Shown: piece by piece, positions 1 through 9,841 of the stretch
Numbering within the stretch: position 1 is the stretch's first letter
Layout: every line of letters starts with the position of its first letter
Assembly (NCBI GenBank): GCA_032718475.1
Contig: JAUCBJ010008490.1
Location: 1 to 64,000 of the forward strand
Direction: 5' to 3'
DNA: 64,000 nucleotides
DNA from: Nemertoderma westbladi
Taxonomy: Eukaryota > Animalia > Xenacoelomorpha
Program-made: the position numbers and the translations under genes
Notes under the pieces: model-generated
Databases searched by the model: none
The model's input: the letters and a program-made list of their open reading frames with translations, nothing else
Told to the model about the DNA's origin: nothing

Positions 1-1171
1 TTCTTGTCTCTATCAGTTCTTTCTTTACTTGTTCTTCTCGGACTCTAGTGAGGCGGAGTTTTTCATCACATTCAGCTTGGTTTGCAGCTAACATTTCGGC
101 ATCGATTGAGTCCAATATAAGCTTGGTTCCTTCACTATTAGGGGAAAGTCCATACAGCCGTCTCCTCAACTCTTCGTCTCCTAGGAATCGCTGATAGTCG
201 GACAAATAAATGTCGATAGCGTCTCTAGTTCGCGGTTTCTCGGCGGCCTCTTCGCTTTCCGCTTGAGAAAGGGTGACATCAGTTTGTTCTTCACAAGTTG
301 ATCTCTCAGCCAGCTGGGATTTCCACGTGGCCGTTTCCTGTACTTTGAGATCTACCCGATGTAACCAAGTTTTGACAGCAACCTGCAGCGACGTGTCCTG
401 TCTTCTTTTGGAAGTTTCCTCAAAGGCTGAGAGGATTAGTCGAATGCGTAGGGTTCTTTCACGTACTTGGTATAGCAGCTCTTCCTGCTCTTGAGGTCCT
501 TGAAGTTGTCGAAACAGTTGTTCTTCCAAGCGCTCCAAGGAGCCGAAGAATCCCTGCACATATCCTGCTGCCGACCTCTTCCAAACAGCTGGATCCATTG
601 TATCTTTTGCCACTCCCATCCTGTGTATTTCTTCCCAAGTAGCCTCGGACAGGTCCAACGGGAGTCCGAGTCCGGGAAAGTTCCATTGTGATTCAACAAT
701 AGATATCAATTCTTCCCTGGCGTATCCCGCGTAATTATCTTGGGTCGCTCGCTTATTCTTCGCCCAGTCGGCTTGATGTTCCTCCACCGCAATGAATATA
801 GTAGTTAGCACTGCAGCAGGAAGAGTAAGAAGGGGGTCCGAGTAGACTGTATCAGCCGTCTGCACTTCATGTTCGGGAGTCAGCTCTACAGTATCCGAAC
901 TGCTGGAGCTATCGGGTCGCTGGGAAGTAGGTTCTTGACCAAGATGTTGCTGCGATAGGACAACTGCCTCTTGGTCCCGTTTTACCTGTGCCCGAGTGCC
1001 TATGATGGACCTATGGAGGACTAGTCTAGGGTCTGATACTACTGGAGGGATGACCTTTTTTACAGTAGGAGGTGAGCCGAACTCCTTTCTTATTCGCTCC
1101 ACACTCCTATCTGAATCACAGATAGTTGTATCGATCAGACTGTCTGACAGGTTTTGCTGAGTGTCAGACAT
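1..1171 (-). CDS. Partial ORF (N-terminal ~390 aa, MSDTQQNLSDSLIDTTIC...), open to the window edge; probably a retroelement gag/ORF1-like protein
   Basis: Manual translation from ATG at 1171 finds no stop to position 1 (absent from the ORF track, presumably because it has no stop). Acidic, helical-looking, intronless; no diagnostic motif seen, so the product is inference from context. Confidence 0.55.
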   Translation of the reverse strand, partial: MSDTQQNLSDSLIDTTICDSDRSVERIRKEFGSPPTVKKVIPPVVSDPRLVLHRSIIGTRAQVKRDQEAVVLSQQHLGQEPTSQRPDSSSSSDTVELTPEHEVQTADTVYSDPLLTLPAAVLTTIFIAVEEHQADWAKNKRATQDNYAGYAREELISIVESQWNFPGLGLPLDLSEATWEEIHRMGVAKDTMDPAVWKRSAAGYVQGFFGSLERLEEQLFRQLQGPQEQEELLYQVRERTLRIRLILSAFEETSKRRQDTSLQVAVKTWLHRVDLKVQETATWKSQLAERSTCEEQTDVTLSQAESEEAAEKPRTRDAIDIYLSDYQRFLGDEELRRRLYGLSPNSEGTKLILDSIDAEMLAANQAECDEKLRLTRVREEQVKKELIETR

Positions 1172-2507
1172 GTTTAGCTATACAGTGGAAGGCTTACTGC
1201 TATAGTTACAGTTAAAGCAAGTCTGGTAATTTAGTATGACCACTGGCCGAGTACCGGTAATTTATTGCAGTATATTAGGATACCGGTATGCACTTATAAT
1301 ATATATAAGTATTGTAAACTAGGTTTGTCGCAGAGTACCGGTATATAAATTTAACACAGATATATATAAATATATAATAGGCCTATCGTGAATACCGGTA
1401 TACAGCTTACACTTATAGCATAGAAGTATAATTATGAACTAGAATTAATTGCAGAGTACCGGTATGATTTCAGCTCAAATTTATAGAAATAAATATAATA
1501 AGCCTATGGTAAGTACCGGTATGTCAATTATTTTTATAATAATTGAGTTCCTGAATATTTTGGGGTTACTTAGTTACTTTAACTTACTTTATTACCGTTA
1601 TTTAAGCAGTAGTCCAACTGACAGTGAGACCTAGTTGTTGTATGGCAGGCCTACTATTTATAAATCGTTTGAGTTGATTTATAATAGATATATACCCGTT
1701 TAAAAGGGGTTTTGACAATATTTGAAATAAATGTTATTATTTCTGGGGGTCACTACACAGAAGCTGAACGCTCTCAGTGAAGTGCTATTTATTTGACACT
1801 AAAACTGATAATTCTAATTTACCTAAGTTACTTAATACTACGAATTACTTACGATACGGGTGAGATTAATTCTCTAATTAAACACAACAAAATATTACGT
1901 ACAAAATTTTTTAGGGTAATTTTACAGGAAGTCTACAAACCAGTCCAACAAAGGGTTAGATTCCTGGTTTATTACAAAGGACAGGGTACTACGGTATTTA
2001 AATAATAAGTAGTAGTAAATATATTGTACTGTCCAGATAGGAAAATACCACCGCCTGACGACCTATAACCGTATCGCTATAGGTACTACGTTATGTATCA
2101 CGGATTGTTCCTACCCAGAAGCTAATAGAGCTAACGAATGTGCCTATCAACCACTTTACAACACAAATATACTGCCTACACTAATTACTTTGGAAAGCAC
2201 TGTACACTAAACCCTAAATTAGGTACAAGTACCGGTATAACAAATAATCAGTAGTTAAATATACTTGAACAGTTAAAAGAACCACGGCATCTGCTGGAGT
2301 GACCGAAGCACAAAGTCGTCAGTCTTTACCTACGCCAAGCAGCCCTGATGTAGTACCGGGGTTAGTTTAACTATAACGGTATGTGTAACAAACACAATTA
2401 CTGTAGGAATAAACTTGGGGACATGAATGTTGCGAATAATCGCATAAACTCTGAATAATAAATATTACGCTACCCGTACAGAATACTCAAACAAATACAA
2501 ACCAAAC

Positions 2508-2970
2508 GCTGGCAGACTACTATTAAGCCTAAACAAACTACTGTATGTGCAGATTCTGAAACTGTTAGTTAGTATGCGTTCTAACACGGTAGTACGACTT
2601 ACTCTTTAAGAGGGGATTGACCTTACCGCTTATGGCTGCCCCAACTTACTAACGGCACTTGATCAGACCAACTCTACACACGCAGCAATCCCTTCAGACC
2701 CAAAATAGCTAGACAACAATCCAGCTTACAAATATTTGAGTAATAACTATTACGGTACCTGAACAGACCACACAAACAAACACAGGCTAAAACACTGGCA
2801 GACTACGATCAAGCCTAAATAAACTACAGTATATGCAGACTCTGAAACTGTTAGTTAGTATGCGTTCTAACACGGTAGTACGACTTATTCTTTAAGAGGG
2901 GATTGACCTTACCGCTTATGGCTGCCCCAACTTACTAACGGCACTTTATCAGACAAACTCTACACACGCC
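2508..2970. repeat. Direct duplication of ~180 bp (about 2508-2690 and 2796-2970) upstream of the edge ORF
   Basis: Near-identical blocks ctggcagactac...ctgaaactgttagttagtatgcgttctaacacggtagtacgactt...actctacacacgc; a shorter duplication lies at ~3281-3325 / 3405-3450. Confidence 0.85.
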
Positions 2971-4945
2971 GTAATCTCTCCAAACCCAACCACAGTCAGA
3001 CAGCAGCTCAGCCTACAATTATCTGAACAATCTGAGCAGGGTCACACGCCTTCTGCTCAATATTAGCCTACTAGGAAATAAAACCGACAGAAATAAGTAA
3101 GCTCCAAAAGAAACAAGGGGTGTACAGTCCCTAATCTCTTAAACAGCCTACCGGTATACAATAATCAAAATCGAATAATACTAAATGTACTTGTACAGCA
3201 GTACCGGTACCGGTGATGACAGTTAGGCCTACTGACCTACAGAAGTACCGGTTCAGTTTTATCAGTCACTACGGTATTTAGCAACCTTATTGCCTACTGC
3301 AATAAGATTGTAAACTGTTACTGTTCGACAGAACAGTTAGTAATCGATAAAACTGTTACTGTTCTTACCAGAACAATATTAAACTGTATTTAATGCCTAC
3401 ACTTGCAACCTTATTGCCTACTGCAATAAGATTATAAACTGTTACTGTTCGCGCTTTTGAAGACCTTTAGCAGTTTAACCTGCCAAAATTTATATGTCTT
3501 CTAGTTAATTAAAACCACTTTAGCATACGACAATATTTTATGCTAATACGCAAAACATTAGCCGAAGTCAGCCCATGCGCGATCATTCACCCGATGGATC
3601 TACACCCGGGAGACTGAATTCGGATGCTTGAATTGTATTATTACAGTGTAAGGTTGCAGTGTATACCTACTATATTATTCGATAGATCGTTAATAATTAA
3701 TCTCTGACAGATATTATTGGCTTTCGGGAAATATTAACAGTTCCTTTAGGACGTGGCGCTTTATCTATTTAAACAGAACTAAGACTTATACTAAACGCAA
3801 CGATACTGCTTATGATTAAAGTATAAAGCGTATTCTTTAGGAAATACTTTGTTACCAATCACAATCATACACACTATTCTGCCGACCGTCAGTATATTTG
3901 ATCACACATAAAGAGAGCAGCAATTGACTCACGTAGGGTCTGCTAAATAACATTGGATTCAATACACACCACATTAATATAAATCGCAATTGTTATGTAT
4001 AGCCGGTCTCTCTAACCTGTAGTGTATCAAGAAAATTGGGAATTTGGGTGATTTATCCGTATTATCCAAATAGCAATATTTCCATCAACAAATAGGTACA
4101 ATTAATAACTGACGGTAAAATAACAGTACAAACAATATGATTAATGCAATTAAATTAAGTGAGTTAATGGTTTCATTAGTTAGTTAAGGTAACAGTTTAT
4201 ACTTTCGATAATTCAAGCAGTTTACTATAGTTCTTACCAAAAGGCCGGTGTTTCTGGCTTAGACAGCAATAACAACAAAGTATCAAGTAAAAACAGTAAG
4301 ACTGAACACTCTCCTTATGATCGACTAAAAGCTACACGTCGACAGGAAAAATCGCTCTGATTGGCTCAAGCCAAACAAAGAACCATGCATCTAATGGCTG
4401 TTTCCATGTCAGCAACCAGCTGTTAGATGTCGTAATATGAATCATCACGGCTAAGCTGTGAAAGGTAGTTGGTGCACTACAGGTTTTTTGCCTTACCATG
4501 TCCGCCAAAACACGTATATAGCAGAATGATTTTTATGTCCGTTAAAACACCTGTAAAGGTACCTTGCGGGCGAGGGGAATATATATACAGTTAGAGAACC
4601 TTTTTAGAGTATTCCAGCGCCTGGGGGGAACTGGCCAGCAAAGGCAAACGTATCAGTTATCCCACAAAAGCTTTTACACGTTCCGCCCTAACTGAAAATT
4701 CATCTTTAATTGCCCTTCGCTGAATCAATGGTGCTTATATATCTAATTATTACTCGAATATGTAGTTTATATTTATATTAGATTAAATTTCATTACTTTA
4801 TATTATATTATTTTTGGTTACATTTATTCAGCATTATCAGCATTCCGGGAATATCCTCGTAACGCTGCAACCAAACTAACCATCAATTTCTCTAGCGTGG
4901 ATGACAGCCATTGGTTGAATAAATGGTTATCAGTTTCATCAATAT

Positions 4946-5281
4946 GGGGCGAGCCACGAAGTGAGTGAGCCTTAGCGTAGTGGTACCATTAATCAACCTG
5001 TGGGGCGAGCCACGAAGTGAGTGAGCCTTAGCGTAGTGGTACCATTAATCAACCTGTGGGGCGAGCCACGAAGTGAGTGAGCCTTAGCGTAGTGGTACCA
5101 TTAATCAACCTGTGGGGCGAGCCACGAAGTGAGTGAGCCTTAGCGTAGTGGTACCATTAATCAACCTGTGGGGCGAGCCACGATGTGAGTGAGCCTTAGC
5201 GTAGTGGTACCATTAATCAACCTGTGGGGCGAGCCACGAAGTGAGTGAGCCTTAGCGTAGTGGTACCATTAATCAACCTGT
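4946..5281 (+). repeat. Tandem repeat, 6 x 56 bp
   Basis: Unit ggggcgagccacgaagtgagtgagccttagcgtagtggtaccattaatcaacctgt at 4946, 5002, 5058, 5114, 5170, 5226. Confidence 0.97.
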
Positions 5282-5603
5282 CGTTCTGTCGTGTTTAATT
5301 TTAAACGTTAATAACTCGGCCAATCTTCGATGAAATCTATCCAAACTTGGTACACATGTTGTTTGGCAAAAGTTTTAGAAATTTTCCAAGTAGAATTTCC
5401 GTGTGGCCTTCGAGAAGCTAAGATAATAGCAGTTAATTAGTTAATTAAGTTGATTACGGTATTTTTTTGCGGTGTTCAATTTTGAACGTTAATAACTCGA
5501 TCAATCCTCGATGAAATGTAACCAAACTTGGTACACAAATAGTCTGTCAAAAGTTTAGAAATTTTCCAAGTTGAATTTGCTTGGGGCCTTCGTGCAGCAC
5601 CAG
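4946..5603 (+). mobile_element. Non-autonomous element of the GGGGCGAGCC family (Helentron/HINE-like) with a six-fold tandem 5' end
   Basis: Starts GGGGCGAGCCACGAAGT like copies at 24006-25879 and 50832-51016; ends GGGGCCTTCGTGCAGCACCAG then TGT; internal ~180-bp unit shared with 32643-32830 and 50430-50590. Confidence 0.6.
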
Positions 5604-6749
5604 TGTAACTGTCTTACAGTTATAATAAATGTATTTATCCAAAATTATAACGCTTGACATCAGCAGGTTGCTAGGAGACTAAATCAGCTGGGTTTCTAGC
5701 AAATTACGAAATTACAGTACTGCAGTAATACCATTGTGGCCTGTCTGCCTGTACCGGTACAATACTCAATGTCAATCCCTGAATTAGGAATCCTGCAATC
5801 AGACAATACTGCAATACCATACAGCCATACTGTATTCGGTGTTTTACGGTACTGTGTGACGTCAACTACAAGTCAGCCACCCCATACGGTTACATTAAAT
5901 TGTAACTTTATAATCCAGTTAAGAATGTTTTCTACAGCATTTACCCATCGGCACTATTCAAAGTTTTGGCATGTCAATAAAATATTTTCTACAGTAAATT
6001 AAGACCCCCCGTGATATGAAAACGTTTCCTATAAAAACATCCAGCTGTCAATTAAATTATATTATATTTTCGTTCATCCATTGAAAAATACTGATGTCTG
6101 GTTTTAAAGACTTGACAGAATTAACTTCAGATAAAAACAATCCTACACTTTCGGAATAGCATCCGCCAATCACAACAGATGTTATATTTCCAAATATTAT
6201 AAAATAGAACGTTGTTAAACAGAGGGGATTTTTTTTGTTATGATGATTGTTTAGGTTTTGTGTTGTTGGTCTTACTGTACTTGGGTTTGGGTGGGGGTAG
6301 TGTTTGATTATAATACACAGCATGATCAATTCTCAAGTTTATATATTATTATACATCCATATTATATGGCAGTGATTTTTTATGTCAATTTATTTGACTT
6401 TTTTTGTCACTTTTTTTTTACGAATTATGCATAATGACTTTTGTTGTCCATTTAATGACTTTTATTGTCACTTTTTATGTATGTATTTCTTCAAACTGTC
6501 AGACTGCTGATTTCTGGACTGTCAGACAGTTGATTTCACTATGCCTGTGCCAAAACATTCCATGATTCCATGATTTATAGACTATGAGATAGATTTCCAT
6601 ATGCGCCTGTGGTAAAAAGACTCTATATTTAATAGTTTGTGGTTGTTGTCGATAATCGATTACCACATGACGTAGCAAAACACTCATTTTATAGCCAAAA
6701 ACAATTACCAATTGATGGAAAGGAGCAGGTTAAGGCCGAGTTTTTTTTG

Positions 6750-8471
6750 CTTACTGGGCGGAAAAGCCAACCAACCACCAAGGTTAAGGCTGAATCACCA
6801 GCCGATCGCCTCAATGGTTGGAAAGCCCACTTTGAAAAGCTCCTCAATAATGACAGGGTATTGCCTGATAACTTTATAGAAGTAAAGGTGTCTGAGTCTG
6901 TACTCCCAGATATTCCCATTGGCGATATCTCCTTTGCAGAAGTGAAGGCTGCTGCAAAGAGCATTAAGACCAATCGTGCCAGTGGAGTAGATGGTGTTCC
7001 CCCTGAGGTCTTTAAAATACCTGAGTGTTTAAAGCTCATCTATCCCATCATAGTAGACATGTACCGTACAACAAGAGTCCCCCAAGAAATGAAAACAAAT
7101 AAGTTGGTGCCAGTTCCCAAGAAGGGCAACCTAACACTCTATGGTTCTTTTCGGGGAATCTCATTGATCTCGATTGCTGCAAAGCTATACAATAGGATTC
7201 TATTAAATCGCATCAGGGATCCCATTGAGAGACTGCTCCGTGGAAATCAGAATGGGTTCCGTAAAGGTCGTGGGACCATGGAGCCCATTTTGGCACTTAG
7301 AAGGATAATTGAAGAATTTTCAAAAAAGAAAGACAGGCATCTGGCTGTTATCTTTGTTGACTTCTTCAAGGCCTTTGATTCAGTCTCTCGCTCACGTATG
7401 TTCAGCATACTTTCATTATATGGGATTCCTGATGAAATTATTGCAGCAATCAGATCAGTATACGATGGTTCGACAACATTTGTGTCTACTGTTGACGGTG
7501 ACACAGAACCATTTGAAGTGTTATGGGGCGTCCTCCAAGGAGACACACTTGCACCATTCTTATTCATTATTGTGGTTGACTATGTTCTACGCATGTCCTT
7601 AGATCATCATAATGATGATGGGGTGATGATAACTCCACCTACTGGCTCCAGAAGTCGAGGAAATCCTGCCAAGTACCTAACTGATCTAGACTTTGCTGAT
7701 GACTTAGGAGTACTCTCAGAATCATTAGAGGGAGCCCAACGGCTCCTCAGCTCATTAGAACATGCTGCTTCTAGTGTTGGTCTTTTTATTAACTCCAGAA
7801 AGACCAAAATTCTGACGGTTAACTTTGAAAGTCCTCAGCAAGTCTGTGATCGGATGAGCATAAGCTCAAAGGATGGTATGCTTGAGCATGTCGACGACTT
7901 CTGTTACCTGGGATCATGGATCCGGAAGTCAGGTGAGGACCTTCGAATACGTAAGGGAAAGGCATGGTCAGCCTTGAATAGGCTTTCCAGGATTTGGAAG
8001 TCACCGAGAATTAATCGGAAACTTAAGGTCCGATTATTTAGAGCAGCAGTAGTTCCAGTACTCCTCTACGGGAGTCCATGCTGGGCTCTAACTGCTGAGG
8101 ACACCAAATCTCTGGATGGCACATTCACAAGAATGCTACGCCGGGTTCATTGTGTCAAGTACAATGCACACATCTCCAACCAGACACTATATAACATTGG
8201 AGGTGTCTCATTGGTTCCCCCAAGCTTGACACTAGAACAAAATCGCCTCCGCTTTGCAGGACATTGCTTTCGCCGTGAGGACCAGCCAGTGCATAATCTT
8301 GTACTTTGGCAGCCTCATGGAGTGAATAAGCATGGTGGACAGCCCATGACTTTCTTGAGACGCATCTTAAAGGACACTGGCCTTAAAGATGCGGATGATC
8401 TAGCAAATGTCATGGGTGATAGGGAGTTGTGGCGGTGCAATTTTGTTGACAAGCCGGCACAGCATTCTTAA
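6750..8471 (+). CDS. LINE reverse transcriptase, truncated (the first ~37 aa of track ORF 6639..8471 are flanking DNA)
   Basis: Motifs QNGFRKGR, FVDFFKAFDSV, GVLQGDTLAP, LDFADD, YLGS, RLRFAGH. Confidence 0.9.
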   Translation, partial: LTGRKSQPTTKVKAESPADRLNGWKAHFEKLLNNDRVLPDNFIEVKVSESVLPDIPIGDISFAEVKAAAKSIKTNRASGVDGVPPEVFKIPECLKLIYPIIVDMYRTTRVPQEMKTNKLVPVPKKGNLTLYGSFRGISLISIAAKLYNRILLNRIRDPIERLLRGNQNGFRKGRGTMEPILALRRIIEEFSKKKDRHLAVIFVDFFKAFDSVSRSRMFSILSLYGIPDEIIAAIRSVYDGSTTFVSTVDGDTEPFEVLWGVLQGDTLAPFLFIIVVDYVLRMSLDHHNDDGVMITPPTGSRSRGNPAKYLTDLDFADDLGVLSESLEGAQRLLSSLEHAASSVGLFINSRKTKILTVNFESPQQVCDRMSISSKDGMLEHVDDFCYLGSWIRKSGEDLRIRKGKAWSALNRLSRIWKSPRINRKLKVRLFRAAVVPVLLYGSPCWALTAEDTKSLDGTFTRMLRRVHCVKYNAHISNQTLYNIGGVSLVPPSLTLEQNRLRFAGHCFRREDQPVHNLVLWQPHGVNKHGGQPMTFLRRILKDTGLKDADDLANVMGDRELWRCNFVDKPAQHS

Positions 8472-8514
8472 AAATGCAGCTGCAATGCAGCATGCCGATC
8501 CTAGTAGTAGTAGT
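6750..8514 (+). mobile_element. 5'-truncated non-LTR retrotransposon (RTE-like clade) with (TAG)n tail
   Basis: RT ORF followed by a short 3' UTR and cctagtagtagtagt; both junctions fall in the 66-bp minisatellite; no endonuclease domain left. Confidence 0.88.
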
Positions 8515-9128
8515 TTCTAACCAAAACAATAAACAGTCACTTTACCAAATCAGGGAAAGGAGCAGGTTACAGAGACGGGATTTTCTAACCAAAACAATAA
8601 ACGATCATTTAACTAATTGAGGGAAAGGAGCAGGTTACAGAGACGGGATTTTCTAACCAAAACAATAAACGATAACATTACCAATTGAGAGAAAGGAGCA
8701 GGTTACAGAGGCGGGATTTTCTAACCAAAACAATAAACGATAACATTACCAATTGAGGGAAAGGAGCAGGTTACAGAGGCGGGATTTTCTAACCAAAACA
8801 ATAAACGATAACATTACCAATTGAGGGAAAGGAGCAGGTTACAGAGGCGGGATTTCCTAACCAAAACAATAAACGATCACTTAAACTAATTGAGGGAAAG
8901 GAGCAGGTTACAGAGGCGGGATTTTCTAACCAAAACAATAAACAGTCACTTTACCAAATCAGGGAAAGGAGCAGGTTACATAGAGACGGGATTTTCTAAC
9001 CAAAACAATAAACGATCATTTAACTAATTGAGGGAAAGGAGCAGGTTACAGAGACGGGATTTTCTAACCAAAACAATAAACGATCATTTAACTAATTGAG
9101 GGAAAGGGGCAGGTTACAGAGGCGGGCC
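8515..9128. repeat. Minisatellite, ~9 copies of a 66-68 bp unit
   Basis: Unit ttctaaccaaaacaataaacga...aattgagggaaaggagcaggttacagaggcgggatt; a partial unit precedes the LINE at ~6695-6745. Confidence 0.95.
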
Positions 9129-9841
9129 TTCTGTGCTGTTGGAAGTAGTGGAGCCGCTATCCGTAACACTACTCAGACAGTAGTCATGATCCATTATTGA
9201 TTATAAAACTAATACAGTAAGGCCTAAATTATGTGAAAGGTATATCCACATTTTCCACAATCCTGCAATCCAGTTTCGCCTATCAATTATTTAAAATTTA
9301 TTAGCATAACCGGTAGGCCTACCATTACCGTATTTAAATGGTAGGCTACACAGTAGGCCTATAGCAGTACCGGTGCCGGTACCGGTACTAAAATACAGAA
9401 ATACCTGCTTTATACCTACATCTGTACATACAATACAGCAAAATAGTGCTATATATATCAGTATATATACTAACCGGTACTGATAGCCTGAGAGAACAGC
9501 AGTAGAGAAACCGGTAGCATGGAACCTAACATTAGACTTTTGGATGACATAAAAAATCAAAAAAAATTGACAAAAAAAGGATAAAAATGGACAATAAAAA
9601 TTATTCCGATATTATATTATACTTTATCAACACATTGACTGAGACGATATTATTTTAACCTACTCTCCTCCTGATCTCCGCAGCATATAGAATTCCCTGG
9701 CAAAACTCTTCTTCGCAACCTCCTCAATTTATTGGCACATACATACTCTATCTTTTATTATCGCTCTTCGATTGTCTCCCATGGGCGAACTACTGTACGC
9801 GCGTGACGGCGTTTATTGAGTGGGTTTTTTTGGTTGGTTGA

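Larger units (their letters stand above)
6368..9608. mobile_element. Non-autonomous DNA transposon with 9-bp TSD (Mutator-like) inserted in the Gypsy 5' LTR
   Basis: TSD ATATTATAT at 6359-6367 and 9609-9617 (single copy in the 3' LTR); imperfect AT-rich terminal inverted repeats ggcagtgattttttatgtcaatt / reverse complement cggaataatttttattgtccatt. Confidence 0.75.

Noticed and set aside
4946-5281. Possible CRISPR array
   Set aside because: Units are head-to-tail copies with no unique spacers.
5736-6329. Short ORFs duplicated at 15417-15990 (likewise 36175/46858 and 16638/17266)
   Set aside because: They are identical only because they lie in LTR or TIR copies; no coding features.
6639-6750. 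N-terminus of the 610-aa LINE ORF
   Set aside because: It is read-through from the flanking minisatellite unit with a GTG start, not part of the LINE.
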